Source of the DNA: Candidatus Nomurabacteria bacterium | Lineage (GTDB): Bacteria; Patescibacteriota; Minisyncoccia; Phycocordibacterales; UBA9973 | Direction: 5' to 3' | Length of the DNA: 64,000 bases | NCBI GenBank assembly: GCA_052035195.1 | Contig: JBPOHU010000001.1 | Span: forward strand, 13,713-77,712 | Shown here: one piece after another, positions 54,895 to 62,899 of the stretch | Numbering within the stretch: the first letter of the stretch is position 1 | Layout of the letters: each line of letters opens with the position of its first letter | Program-made: the position numbers and the translations under genes | The notes under the pieces: generated by a model | The model's database searches: none | Seen by the model: only the letters and a program-made list of their open reading frames with translations | What the model was told of the DNA's origin: nothing

Positions 54895-54900
54895 TAAATT

Positions 54901-55425
54901 ATGAAAGTTTTACTAACAGGTGTCGCAGGGACAGGAAAGTCTACAATAATAAATTCTCTAAATGAAAAAGGGTTAGTTGCTATTGATCTTCATGACATAC
55001 CTGGGTTATTTTTTTGGCAAGACAAAATAACTAAAGAGAAGGTTCCATATTCTCCTGTTCAATTAAGAGAGTGGTTTGATAACGTAGATAGACTTTGTGA
55101 TATTGATACATTAAAAGAAATATTAGACCAATATCAAGATGTTGTTATGGCTGGGACAACAAGCGGTAGTAATCAAAAAGAATTCTTATCACTTTTTGAT
55201 AAAGTGATACTTTTGCAAGCAAATCCCCAGACGCTAGTTGATCGTATGGAAACGAGAACAAATAAATCGGGGTACGGGAAGACAAAGGCAGAGCAAGAAG
55301 ATAATGTTGAATGGCAAAAAGAATTCGAACCGCTTTTGCTCTCTTATGGAGCTATTCCTGTAAGTACTGAAGAAGAACTTGATGATGTAGTAGATAGAGT
55401 TATTACAGTATTAAACATTAAGTAA
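54901..55425 (+). CDS. P-loop NTPase, small nucleotide/nucleoside-kinase-like (AAA_33/shikimate-kinase-like fold)
   Basis: Walker A LLTGVAGTGKST at the extreme N-terminus. 174 aa. Confidence 0.5.
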   Translation: MKVLLTGVAGTGKSTIINSLNEKGLVAIDLHDIPGLFFWQDKITKEKVPYSPVQLREWFDNVDRLCDIDTLKEILDQYQDVVMAGTTSGSNQKEFLSLFDKVILLQANPQTLVDRMETRTNKSGYGKTKAEQEDNVEWQKEFEPLLLSYGAIPVSTEEELDDVVDRVITVLNIK

Positions 55426-55477
55426 GGTTCCAACATAAACCTAAACCCTTAGCAAATATTTTGGAAATAAAAAAAAT
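55426..55477 (+). repeat. Island intergenic motif copy 3 (GGTTCCAACATAAACCTAAACCCTTAGCAAATATTTTGGAAATAAAAAAA) followed by terminator hairpin 55478-55499
   Basis: Starts immediately after the stop at 55425. The hairpin GGCTTCG..CGAAGCC plus the A-run act as a terminator for the minus-strand gene 55507-55986. Confidence 0.6.
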
Positions 55478-55506
55478 GGCTTCGCGTATTTACGAAGCCA
55501 TCAAAG

Positions 55507-55986
55507 CTACTTTTCATTTATACTGAAACCGTGGATAGAAACTTTAGCAGGGTCAATATTTTTTTCAAATACAAACACACTCAATTCTTTCAAAGTGACA
55601 ACATTCGTGTTGTTTTGTGCGTGTTGTTCTATCAGAATTTTTATTTTCCCTTTCAATCTGTTTTCTCGAAAATCATTTATGTTCTGAGTAACAACTTCCC
55701 AGTCCTCTATGGATAGGTGGAGAGACTTGTCTTTCGGGTATTTAAGATGATCAAGATATTTACCTATCAAGACCAACGGTTCTACACCCAAAACCTCACT
55801 TATTGCTAAAATGGCATCGAGAGTCGCACGGGATGTACCTAATTCATAAGAACTCCACTGTGCCTGTGATATTTTCAATAATACAGAACAGTTTGCTTGG
55901 GTGAGGTTTTTATACTTCCTCACCTCCTTTAGAGCGAGGCCAAAAGCGTTAGTGTTGTTTTCTTTCATTAATGAAGTTTTGTTCAT
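55507..55986 (-). CDS. XRE-family helix-turn-helix transcriptional regulator
   Basis: HTH_3-like segment LKEVRKYKNLTQANCSVLLKISQAQWSSYELGTSRATLDAILAISEVLGV. Confidence 0.6.
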   Translation of the reverse strand: MNKTSLMKENNTNAFGLALKEVRKYKNLTQANCSVLLKISQAQWSSYELGTSRATLDAILAISEVLGVEPLVLIGKYLDHLKYPKDKSLHLSIEDWEVVTQNINDFRENRLKGKIKILIEQHAQNNTNVVTLKELSVFVFEKNIDPAKVSIHGFSINEK

Positions 55987-56018
55987 CTTACAACTTATCC
56001 AACTTTTGTCAATAAACA

Positions 56019-56115
56019 GGTTCTAACATCTCTTCGGCAAGTTAACAGTGAGTCTGTCGAACTGCTCAGAATAAACTTTCCCATACGGCCAGCAAATATT
56101 TTGGAAATAAAAAAA
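56019..56115 (+). repeat. Island intergenic motif copy 4 (split: GGTTCTAACATC .. about 58-nt insert .. CCAGCAAATATTTTGGAAATAAAAAAA) followed by hairpin 56116-56133
   Basis: The two motif halves are separated by inserted sequence. The hairpin GCCACC..GGTGGC terminates the minus-strand gene 56144-56533. Confidence 0.5.
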
Positions 56116-56143
56116 GCCACCTTTTAGGGTGGCCTGAGGGATA

Positions 56144-56533
56144 TCAGAGCATTTTTTCTCTGAATTCCTTAAGTCCTTCAGCATGTGTTGTGTGTATGAA
56201 CTCTCCGGTATCAGGAGCTCGGAAGCATCCCAGTGTATACGGTCGTCCGTCCTTGGTCTCAATATAAAGAGAATCTCCAGGGCGAATTTCCCAGAAATCT
56301 TTTTTTACGAGAACAAATGTAGTCTCGATGGGTACACTCGCTTTTTTTGTTACGAGGGTTGCTCTTATTCTCATAAGCAAGGCAGGACAATTTTCGAATA
56401 CTTCTTTTTCTTTGCAACTGATTGTGGCCTTTTGAAATTCAAATTCAGTTGAATCAAGAAGAAATTCGATGAGTTTTTTGAGAATGTCTAAAGAGACAAT
56501 CTCGGAGGCGCTAAGTGATTTAAAGAACGTCAT
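56144..56533 (-). CDS. Hypothetical protein (129 aa)
   Basis: ORF with a motif/terminator unit at its 3' end. The palindrome TTGACTACAAGTCAA lies about 85 nt upstream. Confidence 0.35.
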   Translation of the reverse strand: MTFFKSLSASEIVSLDILKKLIEFLLDSTEFEFQKATISCKEKEVFENCPALLMRIRATLVTKKASVPIETTFVLVKKDFWEIRPGDSLYIETKDGRPYTLGCFRAPDTGEFIHTTHAEGLKEFREKML

Positions 56534-56616
56534 AATAATCCAATTTTAGGATTTATTGGCAGGGAATACCCGCTACCAAACTACAGTTTTAGTAGTATTT
56601 ATATTATACTATATTA

Positions 56617-56631
56617 TTGACTACAAGTCAA
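56617..56631. promoter_or_regulatory. Perfect palindrome TTGACT-ACA-AGTCAA
   Basis: Inverted-repeat arms TTGACT/AGTCAA with a 3-nt spacer, upstream of the minus-strand gene 56144-56533. Confidence 0.35.
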
Positions 56632-56663
56632 TGTACTAAAGCCGAACTCTGTACTTTGGTAAT

Positions 56664-56691
56664 CAGTAAATATTTTAGAAATAAAAAAAAA
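56664..56691 (+). repeat. Island motif copy 5 (3' half: CAGTAAATATTTTAGAAATAAAAAAAAA) plus hairpin 56691-56704
   Basis: The hairpin AGAGC-CGAA-GCTCT terminates the minus-strand gene 56715-56999. Confidence 0.5.
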
Positions 56692-56714
56692 GAGCCGAAG
56701 CTCTTTAATCTTTT

Positions 56715-56999
56715 TTAATCAGAAATAGGTTCGAGAAAAAATAAAGTATCAATAAGTCGAACACTGGAAAAAGGGAAGCTGTAAGGATTGTTTCTTATTT
56801 TTACTATCTTATTAACGACTTTATGTCGAGGGAAAATAATAGAAACTATTATAGAAGGTTTATTTTCCATCTCTAACACTTCTTCCTCATCATAAAAATT
56901 ACCGATGTAGGACCGAATTCCATATTGTATTTTCCCTTGACCTCTCATCTTAACCTTAGGGTATTCTAACCCTGCACTATTAGTACTATTATTGTTCAT
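56715..56999 (-). CDS. Hypothetical protein (94 aa)
   Basis: ORF bounded by a motif/terminator unit. Confidence 0.3.
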   Translation of the reverse strand: MNNNSTNSAGLEYPKVKMRGQGKIQYGIRSYIGNFYDEEEVLEMENKPSIIVSIIFPRHKVVNKIVKIRNNPYSFPFSSVRLIDTLFFLEPISD

Positions 57000-57080
57000 A
57001 CCTCTTTTTTAATTATAGTATCTCTTTTGAAATGAAAGTCAAAGTCCAAACTTTCTGTTTACACAGGTAGTCCATATAGT

Positions 57081-57105
57081 CAGCAAATATTTTGGAAATA
57101 AAAAA
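57081..57105 (+). repeat. Island motif copy 6 (3' half: CAGCAAATATTTTGGAAATAAAAAA) plus hairpin 57106-57122
   Basis: The hairpin GTTCCC-GATTT-GGGAAC terminates the minus-strand gene 57145-57747. Confidence 0.5.
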
Positions 57106-57144
57106 GTTCCCGATTTGGGAACTGTTAATCTTTACAAAGTAAAC

Positions 57145-57747
57145 TCAAACCTTTCTTTTTGTTAGGTACATGAACAATGAATTCATTACGAATAAATAAA
57201 GAGGAAAGAGTGCATACACCCATGCATACCCGATACAAATGATAAGAGTAAATGCCCAGGATAATACTCCGTACAACCATGCTGAAGATTTTTCAGATTC
57301 TGGTTTTGTATAAGCATTATGAATGGTTGGGATTGCAACAATAAAATCCGCAATAATTCCGAAGATGGTGGTTACGAGGGCATTTTTTGTAGATAGATAT
57401 ATACCTACACAAATCATGCCTAAAATAAGACACCACCAATCCATAGGTTTTATGCTGTAACTTTTAACTGCAAATGCGGTGACGGCAATGATGACACAGA
57501 AAATTACTGAAGTAAGGATTGTTATCTGGTTCCACTCAAACCCGTTTTTAATGACCTGAGAAGTAAGACTGATTCCCATCATGAGCGCCCAACCGATCCA
57601 TGAGAGGGGGCGTGGCTTTATTCTCTTTTCATGATTTTTGTTAACAATAGAAGCTATATAAGCGAGGCTTGCTGCAACTAGTAATAGCCCAGCAATGGCA
57701 CTTAATGATTGCTCCATAAAACTTGGAAGAAAGCTAATTAATTGCAT
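57145..57747 (-). CDS. Integral membrane protein (about 6 TM), hypothetical
   Basis: Hydrophobic segments throughout. 200 aa. Confidence 0.45.
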   Translation of the reverse strand: MQLISFLPSFMEQSLSAIAGLLLVAASLAYIASIVNKNHEKRIKPRPLSWIGWALMMGISLTSQVIKNGFEWNQITILTSVIFCVIIAVTAFAVKSYSIKPMDWWCLILGMICVGIYLSTKNALVTTIFGIIADFIVAIPTIHNAYTKPESEKSSAWLYGVLSWAFTLIICIGYAWVYALFPLYLFVMNSLFMYLTKRKV

Positions 57748-57815
57748 TTCGTATATTTTTTGTTGTGAAATTTAATTTTAAATTAACACTAAAATATAAT
57801 CTTGTCAAGTATCTT

Positions 57816-57857
57816 GGTTCCAACACTATCCCGCACTGCCAGCAAATAGGTTATAAT
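57816..57857 (+). repeat. Island motif copy 7 (full, promoter-type: GGTTCCAACACTATCCCGCACTGCCAGCAAATAGGTTATAAT)
   Basis: TATAAT at 57852-57857, 6 nt before ATG 57864. TTGTCAAGT lies 25 nt upstream. Confidence 0.6.
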
Positions 57858-57863
57858 CATTTT

Positions 57864-58244
57864 ATGAAAATTAAAGAATCAGATAGAGAGCTTTTCTTTG
57901 GTCTCGAAACAAGTCTCCACAAAAAAGATATCCGGAATTCTATAGAAAAAACCTCAGAACTTCTCGCGGATGATTTTATTGAATTTGGAAGTTCAGGAAT
58001 AAAATATGACAAAGCGTTTACTTTAGATTCTTTAAGTAAAGAACAGGTTGATTTAGAAATAACAGTTGAAGATTTTGAAGTAAAATACCTTTCTGAGGAT
58101 GTAGTGCTCGTAACTTACAAAACTTCAAAGCTAGATCCTAAAAATGGAGAAAAATTCTGTTCACTTAGAAGTTCGATATGGAGATTTAATGGAGATAAGT
58201 GGGCTATGGTATTTCATCAGGGGACTAAGGTATTAAACCAATAG
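57864..58244 (+). CDS. NTF2-like / SnoaL-like (DUF4440-type) small protein
   Basis: MKIKESDREL..; the C-terminal WRFNGDKWAMVFHQGT is typical of NTF2-like DUF4440. The ORF-track start at 57765 would read through the promoter motif. Confidence 0.5.
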   Translation: MKIKESDRELFFGLETSLHKKDIRNSIEKTSELLADDFIEFGSSGIKYDKAFTLDSLSKEQVDLEITVEDFEVKYLSEDVVLVTYKTSKLDPKNGEKFCSLRSSIWRFNGDKWAMVFHQGTKVLNQ

Positions 58245-58292
58245 CGGTCCCAGCTTCGTCCCAAACTCCCAGCAAATTTTTAGAAATAAAAA
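58245..58292 (+). repeat. Island motif copy 8 (GCGGTCCCAGCTTCGTCCCAAACTCCCAGCAAATTTTTAGAAATAAAAA) plus hairpin 58293-58313
   Basis: Starts right after the stop at 58244. The hairpin TTAGCCG..CGGCTAA terminates the minus-strand gene 58321-58614. Confidence 0.6.
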
Positions 58293-58320
58293 TTAGCCGA
58301 TTTAAACGGCTAATGAATAA

Positions 58321-58614
58321 TTATAGTTTTACATTTAACACAGTTAAAACATATCCTCCTATAGCAAATGCTCCGATGATAACTATCACTATTGATAAAG
58401 AAAAAACTAGTTCACCTAGTCGGTCTTCATTATCGAATGAATTTTTTGTTTCTAAGATACCAAAAAAACCAAACAATGTAGTATAGAGAGCAAAACTAAG
58501 CAGGGTAAATGTTGTCTTAAATTTGGGGTTAATAATTTGAATGAACATCAAGATCAAGAATAGGAGAAGCGATATAATCGCGAGTGTTAATAAAACACGT
58601 TTAAATATTTTCAT
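58321..58614 (-). CDS. Small membrane protein (97 aa, 3 TM), hypothetical
   Basis: Hydrophobic ORF. Confidence 0.35.
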   Translation of the reverse strand: MKIFKRVLLTLAIISLLLFLILMFIQIINPKFKTTFTLLSFALYTTLFGFFGILETKNSFDNEDRLGELVFSLSIVIVIIGAFAIGGYVLTVLNVKL

Positions 58615-58663
58615 TAGTTAGATTTTTTTGTATATTACACTATATTACTTGTTTGTCAATAAA

Positions 58664-58705
58664 GCGGTTCTAACATCGACCCAAATCCAACAAATAAGTT
58701 ATACT
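58664..58705 (+). repeat. Island motif copy 9 (full, promoter-type: GCGGTTCTAACATCGACCCAAATCCAACAAATAAGTTATACT)
   Basis: TATACT at 58700-58705, 8 nt before ATG 58714. TTTGTCAAT lies just upstream. Confidence 0.6.
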
Positions 58706-58713
58706 TAGTTTCT

Positions 58714-59214
58714 ATGGAAAATACTCCGTTAAATAATCCTGAACGCAAAGAAACTGTTATTCCTGAGTTGAAAATAATATCAGATAAAGAATTGGTTGAT
58801 CTTATATATCAGAAAAAAAGTTTTCCTCAAGATAACAGGTTTCTTCCTGTAGACCAAGGCGGTGTATTTAAATACTTTGATCTTGAAGATATTATCGGAG
58901 CAAATAGTTATTCAAAAACAAAAAAGTTATATCCTAATGTATCCTTAGAAAATGAAATAGTTGGTTTAGCTGAACTTGAAGAGGACCCTAATAATGAAAA
59001 AAACTATTGGATGAAATTTGTTTCTGTTGATCCAAAATATCAAGGAAGGGGATATGCATCATTATTAATAAATAAAATATTTGAATATGCAAAAGAAAAT
59101 AACTATTCTTTGCAACCATCGTTTTATTCAAATGAAGGAGAATTAAAATTGAAAAAAGTAATGGATAGAGCTATTGCTGAAAGCGGTGTGGTTATTATTG
59201 ATGGTCACAAATAA
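58714..59214 (+). CDS. GNAT-family N-acetyltransferase
   Basis: Motif A region FVSVDPKYQGRGYASLLINKIFEYAKENN (Q/R-x-x-G-x-G/A). Confidence 0.6.
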   Translation: MENTPLNNPERKETVIPELKIISDKELVDLIYQKKSFPQDNRFLPVDQGGVFKYFDLEDIIGANSYSKTKKLYPNVSLENEIVGLAELEEDPNNEKNYWMKFVSVDPKYQGRGYASLLINKIFEYAKENNYSLQPSFYSNEGELKLKKVMDRAIAESGVVIIDGHK

Positions 59215-59254
59215 TATCTCTAACACTCTCCTTGTGCAGGCAGGGCCATACAAT

Positions 59255-59280
59255 CAGTAAATATTTTAGAAATAAAAAAC
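59255..59280 (+). repeat. Island motif copy 10 (3' half: CAGTAAATATTTTAGAAATAAAAAAC)
   Basis: Sequence match to copies 5 and 6. No hairpin follows. Confidence 0.4.
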
Positions 59281-59317
59281 ATTATTCTTCTTGGATCTTC
59301 TGCGCTATTATAAATAT

Positions 59318-59701
59318 ATGCTTGAGTCATTTCCAGAACAAGAAAAATCACCAATACCCGAGAAGCCGTTGATTGAAAAACGACAGATTTTTGATATGTA
59401 TAAGATATCTGGAAAAGAAGATGCTCGTTTTAGAGAAATTTTAATAGCATATCTTGGACAAAGACAAGATCTTTTACATGATGATGAATTGGAGAGTATT
59501 AAGGAAGAAGGAAAAAGAAATGAACATGTTCGAGAGACTATTGAGTGGAATATAGAAAAAGCTGAGATGTTCATCGAAGTTGGTTTGTTGGACGAAGCCC
59601 AAGAAACAATAGAAGATATTATAGATGGCGTAAAAGATCCTTATTTTGGAAAAATGAGAGAGATACTCGATACCATAGAAAAGATGCGTAATTTAAAATA
59701 G
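59318..59701 (+). CDS. Hypothetical acidic protein (about 127 aa)
   Basis: ATG preceded directly by TATAAATAT. The ORF-track start at 59291 is a TTG. Confidence 0.35.
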   Translation: MLESFPEQEKSPIPEKPLIEKRQIFDMYKISGKEDARFREILIAYLGQRQDLLHDDELESIKEEGKRNEHVRETIEWNIEKAEMFIEVGLLDEAQETIEDIIDGVKDPYFGKMREILDTIEKMRNLK

Positions 59702-59781
59702 TTATTTATCAATAAACAGGGTTTCCCTCTGTTCAATAAACTCAGAATAGACTGAGTAAAAATAAAAAGAGCCTGTAATTT

Positions 59782-60540
59782 TTACAAGCTCTTTGGAAAA
59801 AATTTACGCCGAAACATACGACATACCCAATTGAAAAAGAACACCCCAGTAAGTAAAAATAATTTTGGCCTTCGAATACAATGCTTAAGAAAGGCTCCGC
59901 AGGTCTTCAGAGAACAGAAGAAATATACAAGAAGATTCCGAAAGGTAGGCTTAACACTTATTATGTTTGCTTTCCAGTCTCTTTTGAAATCTAACAAAGT
60001 ATCAATCACATCTCCTGCCTTAGAAAGGTCTTCAACAAATGCAGTAAAATCAGGTGTGCTTTTTTCAATAAAAAGAAGTACAAGTTCACTAGTGAGAAGG
60101 CCTTCTTCTTTCGTGAGTTGAAACAATTCTTTCGCAGAACTAGCTTTACGTATCCTTTCTGATTGAGTAAACACTGCTTGTACAGTACGAGATAAATCAA
60201 TACGATCCCTATTTGATCTGATATTTTTTAGCAGATAGGTCATCATTTCATCTATAGCCAAAGGGAAAGCATTGTTGGTCTGGGAATAAAGAATTCTTCG
60301 GATAACCTTATCTTGAAATTCTTTTCTATCTTCCTTACTGCTTGATGAATCAATCTTGTCATCAATAAACACCATGACAGCAAACAATACCTGTAGCACT
60401 TTTTGTTCTTGTTGTGAAGGATTTAATTTGAAAGCTTTTGCAGATTTAAATAAATAGTAGCTACTTTTCTGATACGCGTACCGTAAATGTGGTCGTAAAT
60501 CTTTTTTCCAGTCGGATGAACTAAGAATCAGACTTTCCAT
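59782..60540 (-). CDS. Isoprenoid (squalene/phytoene) synthase-like protein, divergent
   Basis: LFAVMVFIDDKID resembles the first Asp-rich motif (YaFcRxxDDxxD). AGDVIDTLLDFKRD resembles the second. Low similarity otherwise; the C-terminus is hydrophobic and unusual. Confidence 0.35.
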   Translation of the reverse strand: MESLILSSSDWKKDLRPHLRYAYQKSSYYLFKSAKAFKLNPSQQEQKVLQVLFAVMVFIDDKIDSSSSKEDRKEFQDKVIRRILYSQTNNAFPLAIDEMMTYLLKNIRSNRDRIDLSRTVQAVFTQSERIRKASSAKELFQLTKEEGLLTSELVLLFIEKSTPDFTAFVEDLSKAGDVIDTLLDFKRDWKANIISVKPTFRNLLVYFFCSLKTCGAFLKHCIRRPKLFLLTGVFFFNWVCRMFRRKFFPKSL

Positions 60541-60713
60541 TTAAATTAAAGTTTTTAGTTAAAGAACGGACATCTAACTATCTGCACAAATAGTTCGTCA
60601 GAGGTTAGATAACTTGAAACAAACATTATAATCTATTATTCATATTGTCAATATTAATCTTTTAGTTTTAACCTAAAAGATTAAATAACTTAAGATAGGT
60701 TATAATAGAGATT

Positions 60714-61103
60714 ATGAAAACCATTTTAGTTGACGCAATAGATTGTTTTGTTTCTGATAAAGGAGAGATTTTTCAAGAAATGCATGACCTTCTTGAGACA
60801 TATCCAAATAAGAAAATTATTGTAACCGGTGCAGACGATGAACAGTTTAAAACCTTCGGTCTAGATAAAATGCCATACGAAGTATTTACCTTAAAGCATG
60901 ACCCAGAAAAAACTAATCCAAAGTATTTTAAAATGCTTCTTGAACAATATAGATTAGATAAAGATGGCGTTGTTTATTTTGAACACAACCGTTATGCAGT
61001 TGAGAGTGCGCAGATAGCAGGGATCGTTAGTTATTTTTATGATAATTCTTCAAAAGACTTGAAAGCTCTCAAGGCTTTCTTGGATGAAAATCTTGAAAAA
61101 TAA
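60714..61103 (+). CDS. Small HAD-like hydrolase fold protein (129 aa), tentative
   Basis: N-terminal ILVDAIDCF resembles HAD motif I (hhhDxDx). TATAAT lies 7 nt upstream of the ATG. Confidence 0.35.
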   Translation: MKTILVDAIDCFVSDKGEIFQEMHDLLETYPNKKIIVTGADDEQFKTFGLDKMPYEVFTLKHDPEKTNPKYFKMLLEQYRLDKDGVVYFEHNRYAVESAQIAGIVSYFYDNSSKDLKALKAFLDENLEK

Positions 61104-61120
61104 AAAAACCTGAAACTTTT

Positions 61121-61378
61121 TTAAGTTTTCAGGTTTTGATTTATTTTACCGGGCTTTTTCTTCTGATGGATTAGATGTTCTTCCTTTGTTGTCGTATTTT
61201 CTCCATTTGATTCTTTTTCAATCAAAGCTTTTGCTTTTTCCTTGCAAACAGTACAAGTTATTTCATCTATATCTCTAAAGGAAACCCAGTCATGATTTTT
61301 TGGCCAGTCTTTTGCAAATTTTTTCGAGAAACCGCAAAGTGGATCACTCGTACAAAGAGCGTGCATTATCTTTGCCAT
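61121..61378 (-). CDS. Small Cys-containing protein (85 aa), hypothetical
   Basis: Four Cys residues (ALCTSDPLCGF..ITCTVCKEK). Consensus promoter TTGACA-16-TAATAT upstream on the minus strand. Confidence 0.3.
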   Translation of the reverse strand: MAKIMHALCTSDPLCGFSKKFAKDWPKNHDWVSFRDIDEITCTVCKEKAKALIEKESNGENTTTKEEHLIHQKKKPGKINQNLKT

Positions 61379-61403
61379 AAATGTACTTATTTAAATTTGT
61401 CTT

Positions 61404-61470
61404 TATATTACAAGCTAAATTCTCTTTGTCAAATAAAAAAGTCTTTTGTCACAATATGACAAAAGACTTT
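61404..61470 (-). promoter_or_regulatory. Terminator-promoter unit on minus strand (hairpin 61440-61468 plus T-run; TTGACA-16-TAATAT)
   Basis: Reverse complement of tgtcaa at 61427-61432 is the -35 box; reverse complement of atatta at 61405-61410 is the -10 box. The same unit design (conserved flank TGATATTACAAGCTAAA..TTTGTCAAATAAAAAA) recurs at 62307-62338, 62819-62858 and 63768-63838. Confidence 0.5.
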
Positions 61471-61473
61471 GAC

Positions 61474-62277
61474 TTAATCTATCTCTTTTTCGGGGGTAAA
61501 CAAACTGAATGTTTCCTCGTGTAATCCTAAGCGCAGTGCCTCTACCTCAAGAATTCTCTCCGGAGAAATGTTGCTTAGATTACAATTCGTACCGAGAAGT
61601 TGGATAAAGTAAACCTGTTGGAGTTTTTGTGGTGCTCCCCAGACGATTTGTTCCGGAAGTATTTGGGTGATTATTTCTTGCACCAGACCTTCACGTACCT
61701 CACCTGATCCACGGTATATACCCACATTTCCAGCATCTTTACTTTCTGCAAACACGTACTTTGAGCCACATTCGAGTTCTGAACGCATCAGTTCAATCCA
61801 TTTATATGGAGGAATAATGTATGCTGGGTCTTTCGATCCAACCTTGCTGTAAACAGTACCTATTCTTGCAAGCTTTTCGATATAGCTACATTTTTCTGAA
61901 GGATGGATAGTCACACATCCATCACTTACCATAAATGTGTCTATTTGGTTTTTTTCGCACAGTTCCATGTAGCCGTCGAACTTATCTCTTTTCAGAAATG
62001 CTTCGAAAACTATTCCCGACAAAAACGGGGTGATGTTTAGTTTCTTGCAGAGCGATACCCTTTTTTGTAAATCATTACTAATAAGGGCTTCGGGGCCGAT
62101 CTCCAGAACATCGATGTGTTTGTGGTACGATAGTGCGTTTTCGAGAGTTTTAAGAGGGATACCTCTATCTACGAGGACATTGATTCCTGATTGTCTCGGT
62201 TTTGCATTTCGTTCAGGGAGATCAAAATATGAAAACCCTTCTAAGATGGTGTTGTTTTCTTTATTCATTTTTAACAA
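61474..62277 (-). CDS. comA: (2R)-phospho-3-sulfolactate synthase (ComA family)
   Basis: FDLPERNAKPRQSGINVLVDRGIPL matches the ComA N-terminal LPxxxKPRxxGLTxVxDxGL pattern. 267 aa, a typical size. Confidence 0.55.
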   Translation of the reverse strand: MLKMNKENNTILEGFSYFDLPERNAKPRQSGINVLVDRGIPLKTLENALSYHKHIDVLEIGPEALISNDLQKRVSLCKKLNITPFLSGIVFEAFLKRDKFDGYMELCEKNQIDTFMVSDGCVTIHPSEKCSYIEKLARIGTVYSKVGSKDPAYIIPPYKWIELMRSELECGSKYVFAESKDAGNVGIYRGSGEVREGLVQEIITQILPEQIVWGAPQKLQQVYFIQLLGTNCNLSNISPERILEVEALRLGLHEETFSLFTPEKEID

Positions 62278-62355
62278 TTTTCTTTACATTACTATATAAA
62301 AATATGTTGTCAAATAAAAAAGCTGAAATTATTCAGCTTTTGTTTTAGAGGAGTA

Positions 62356-62802
62356 TTAGTTTGCATTTTCGTAGAGATGTGAAGAAAGCTCTATTTCTAT
62401 GAGAGTTTCTTTTGTGAGACTTTTTCTCTTGGCCTTAAAATCATACCTGTTGTCAGAAAGCCATACTGTGTAGGAGAGTAGGTTGTCGTATTCTTTAAAT
62501 TCTCCGTCAGGATGAAATGCTCCTGCGTGTGCAAAAAATAAAAAGTTTGAACCCGCCACCTTCATGATCTCGTTGAGGTGAGTAGTTCCATTTGAAGACT
62601 TCATGTCGTGGATACTATTGTAAATATTCAAGACATCTTTTTTTGAAAACCCATCACTTCCTTCTATGACAGTGATACAGGTCGATATCTTCAGTGCCTC
62701 CGGTTGTTCGAGAAGGAAGAACAGTATCTTTTTTGCCAATTCTGTGGCATCTTTTGAATGGATAATGAGGTACTTTACTGCCTCTGTTTGTGTGTTGTTC
62801 AT
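62356..62802 (-). CDS. Hypothetical protein (148 aa)
   Basis: ORF with a consensus promoter upstream and hairpin terminator (62321-62338) downstream. Confidence 0.35.
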   Translation of the reverse strand: MNNTQTEAVKYLIIHSKDATELAKKILFFLLEQPEALKISTCITVIEGSDGFSKKDVLNIYNSIHDMKSSNGTTHLNEIMKVAGSNFLFFAHAGAFHPDGEFKEYDNLLSYTVWLSDNRYDFKAKRKSLTKETLIEIELSSHLYENAN

Positions 62803-62899
62803 TACTTAAGGTTTTGTTTGATATTACAACCTAAACTCTTTTTGTCAAATAAAAAAAGTTGACTAGCACTTATGTTCTTATTTGAGTATTATTGTTTTA

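Noticed and set aside
59767-59793. Hairpin AAGAGCCTGTAA-TTT-TTACAAGCTCTT counted as another island terminator or motif copy
   Set aside because: The stop codon of the minus-strand ORF 59782-60540 lies inside the stem, so the ORF ends within the hairpin. It may still terminate transcription, but it is not a clean copy of the motif-plus-terminator unit.
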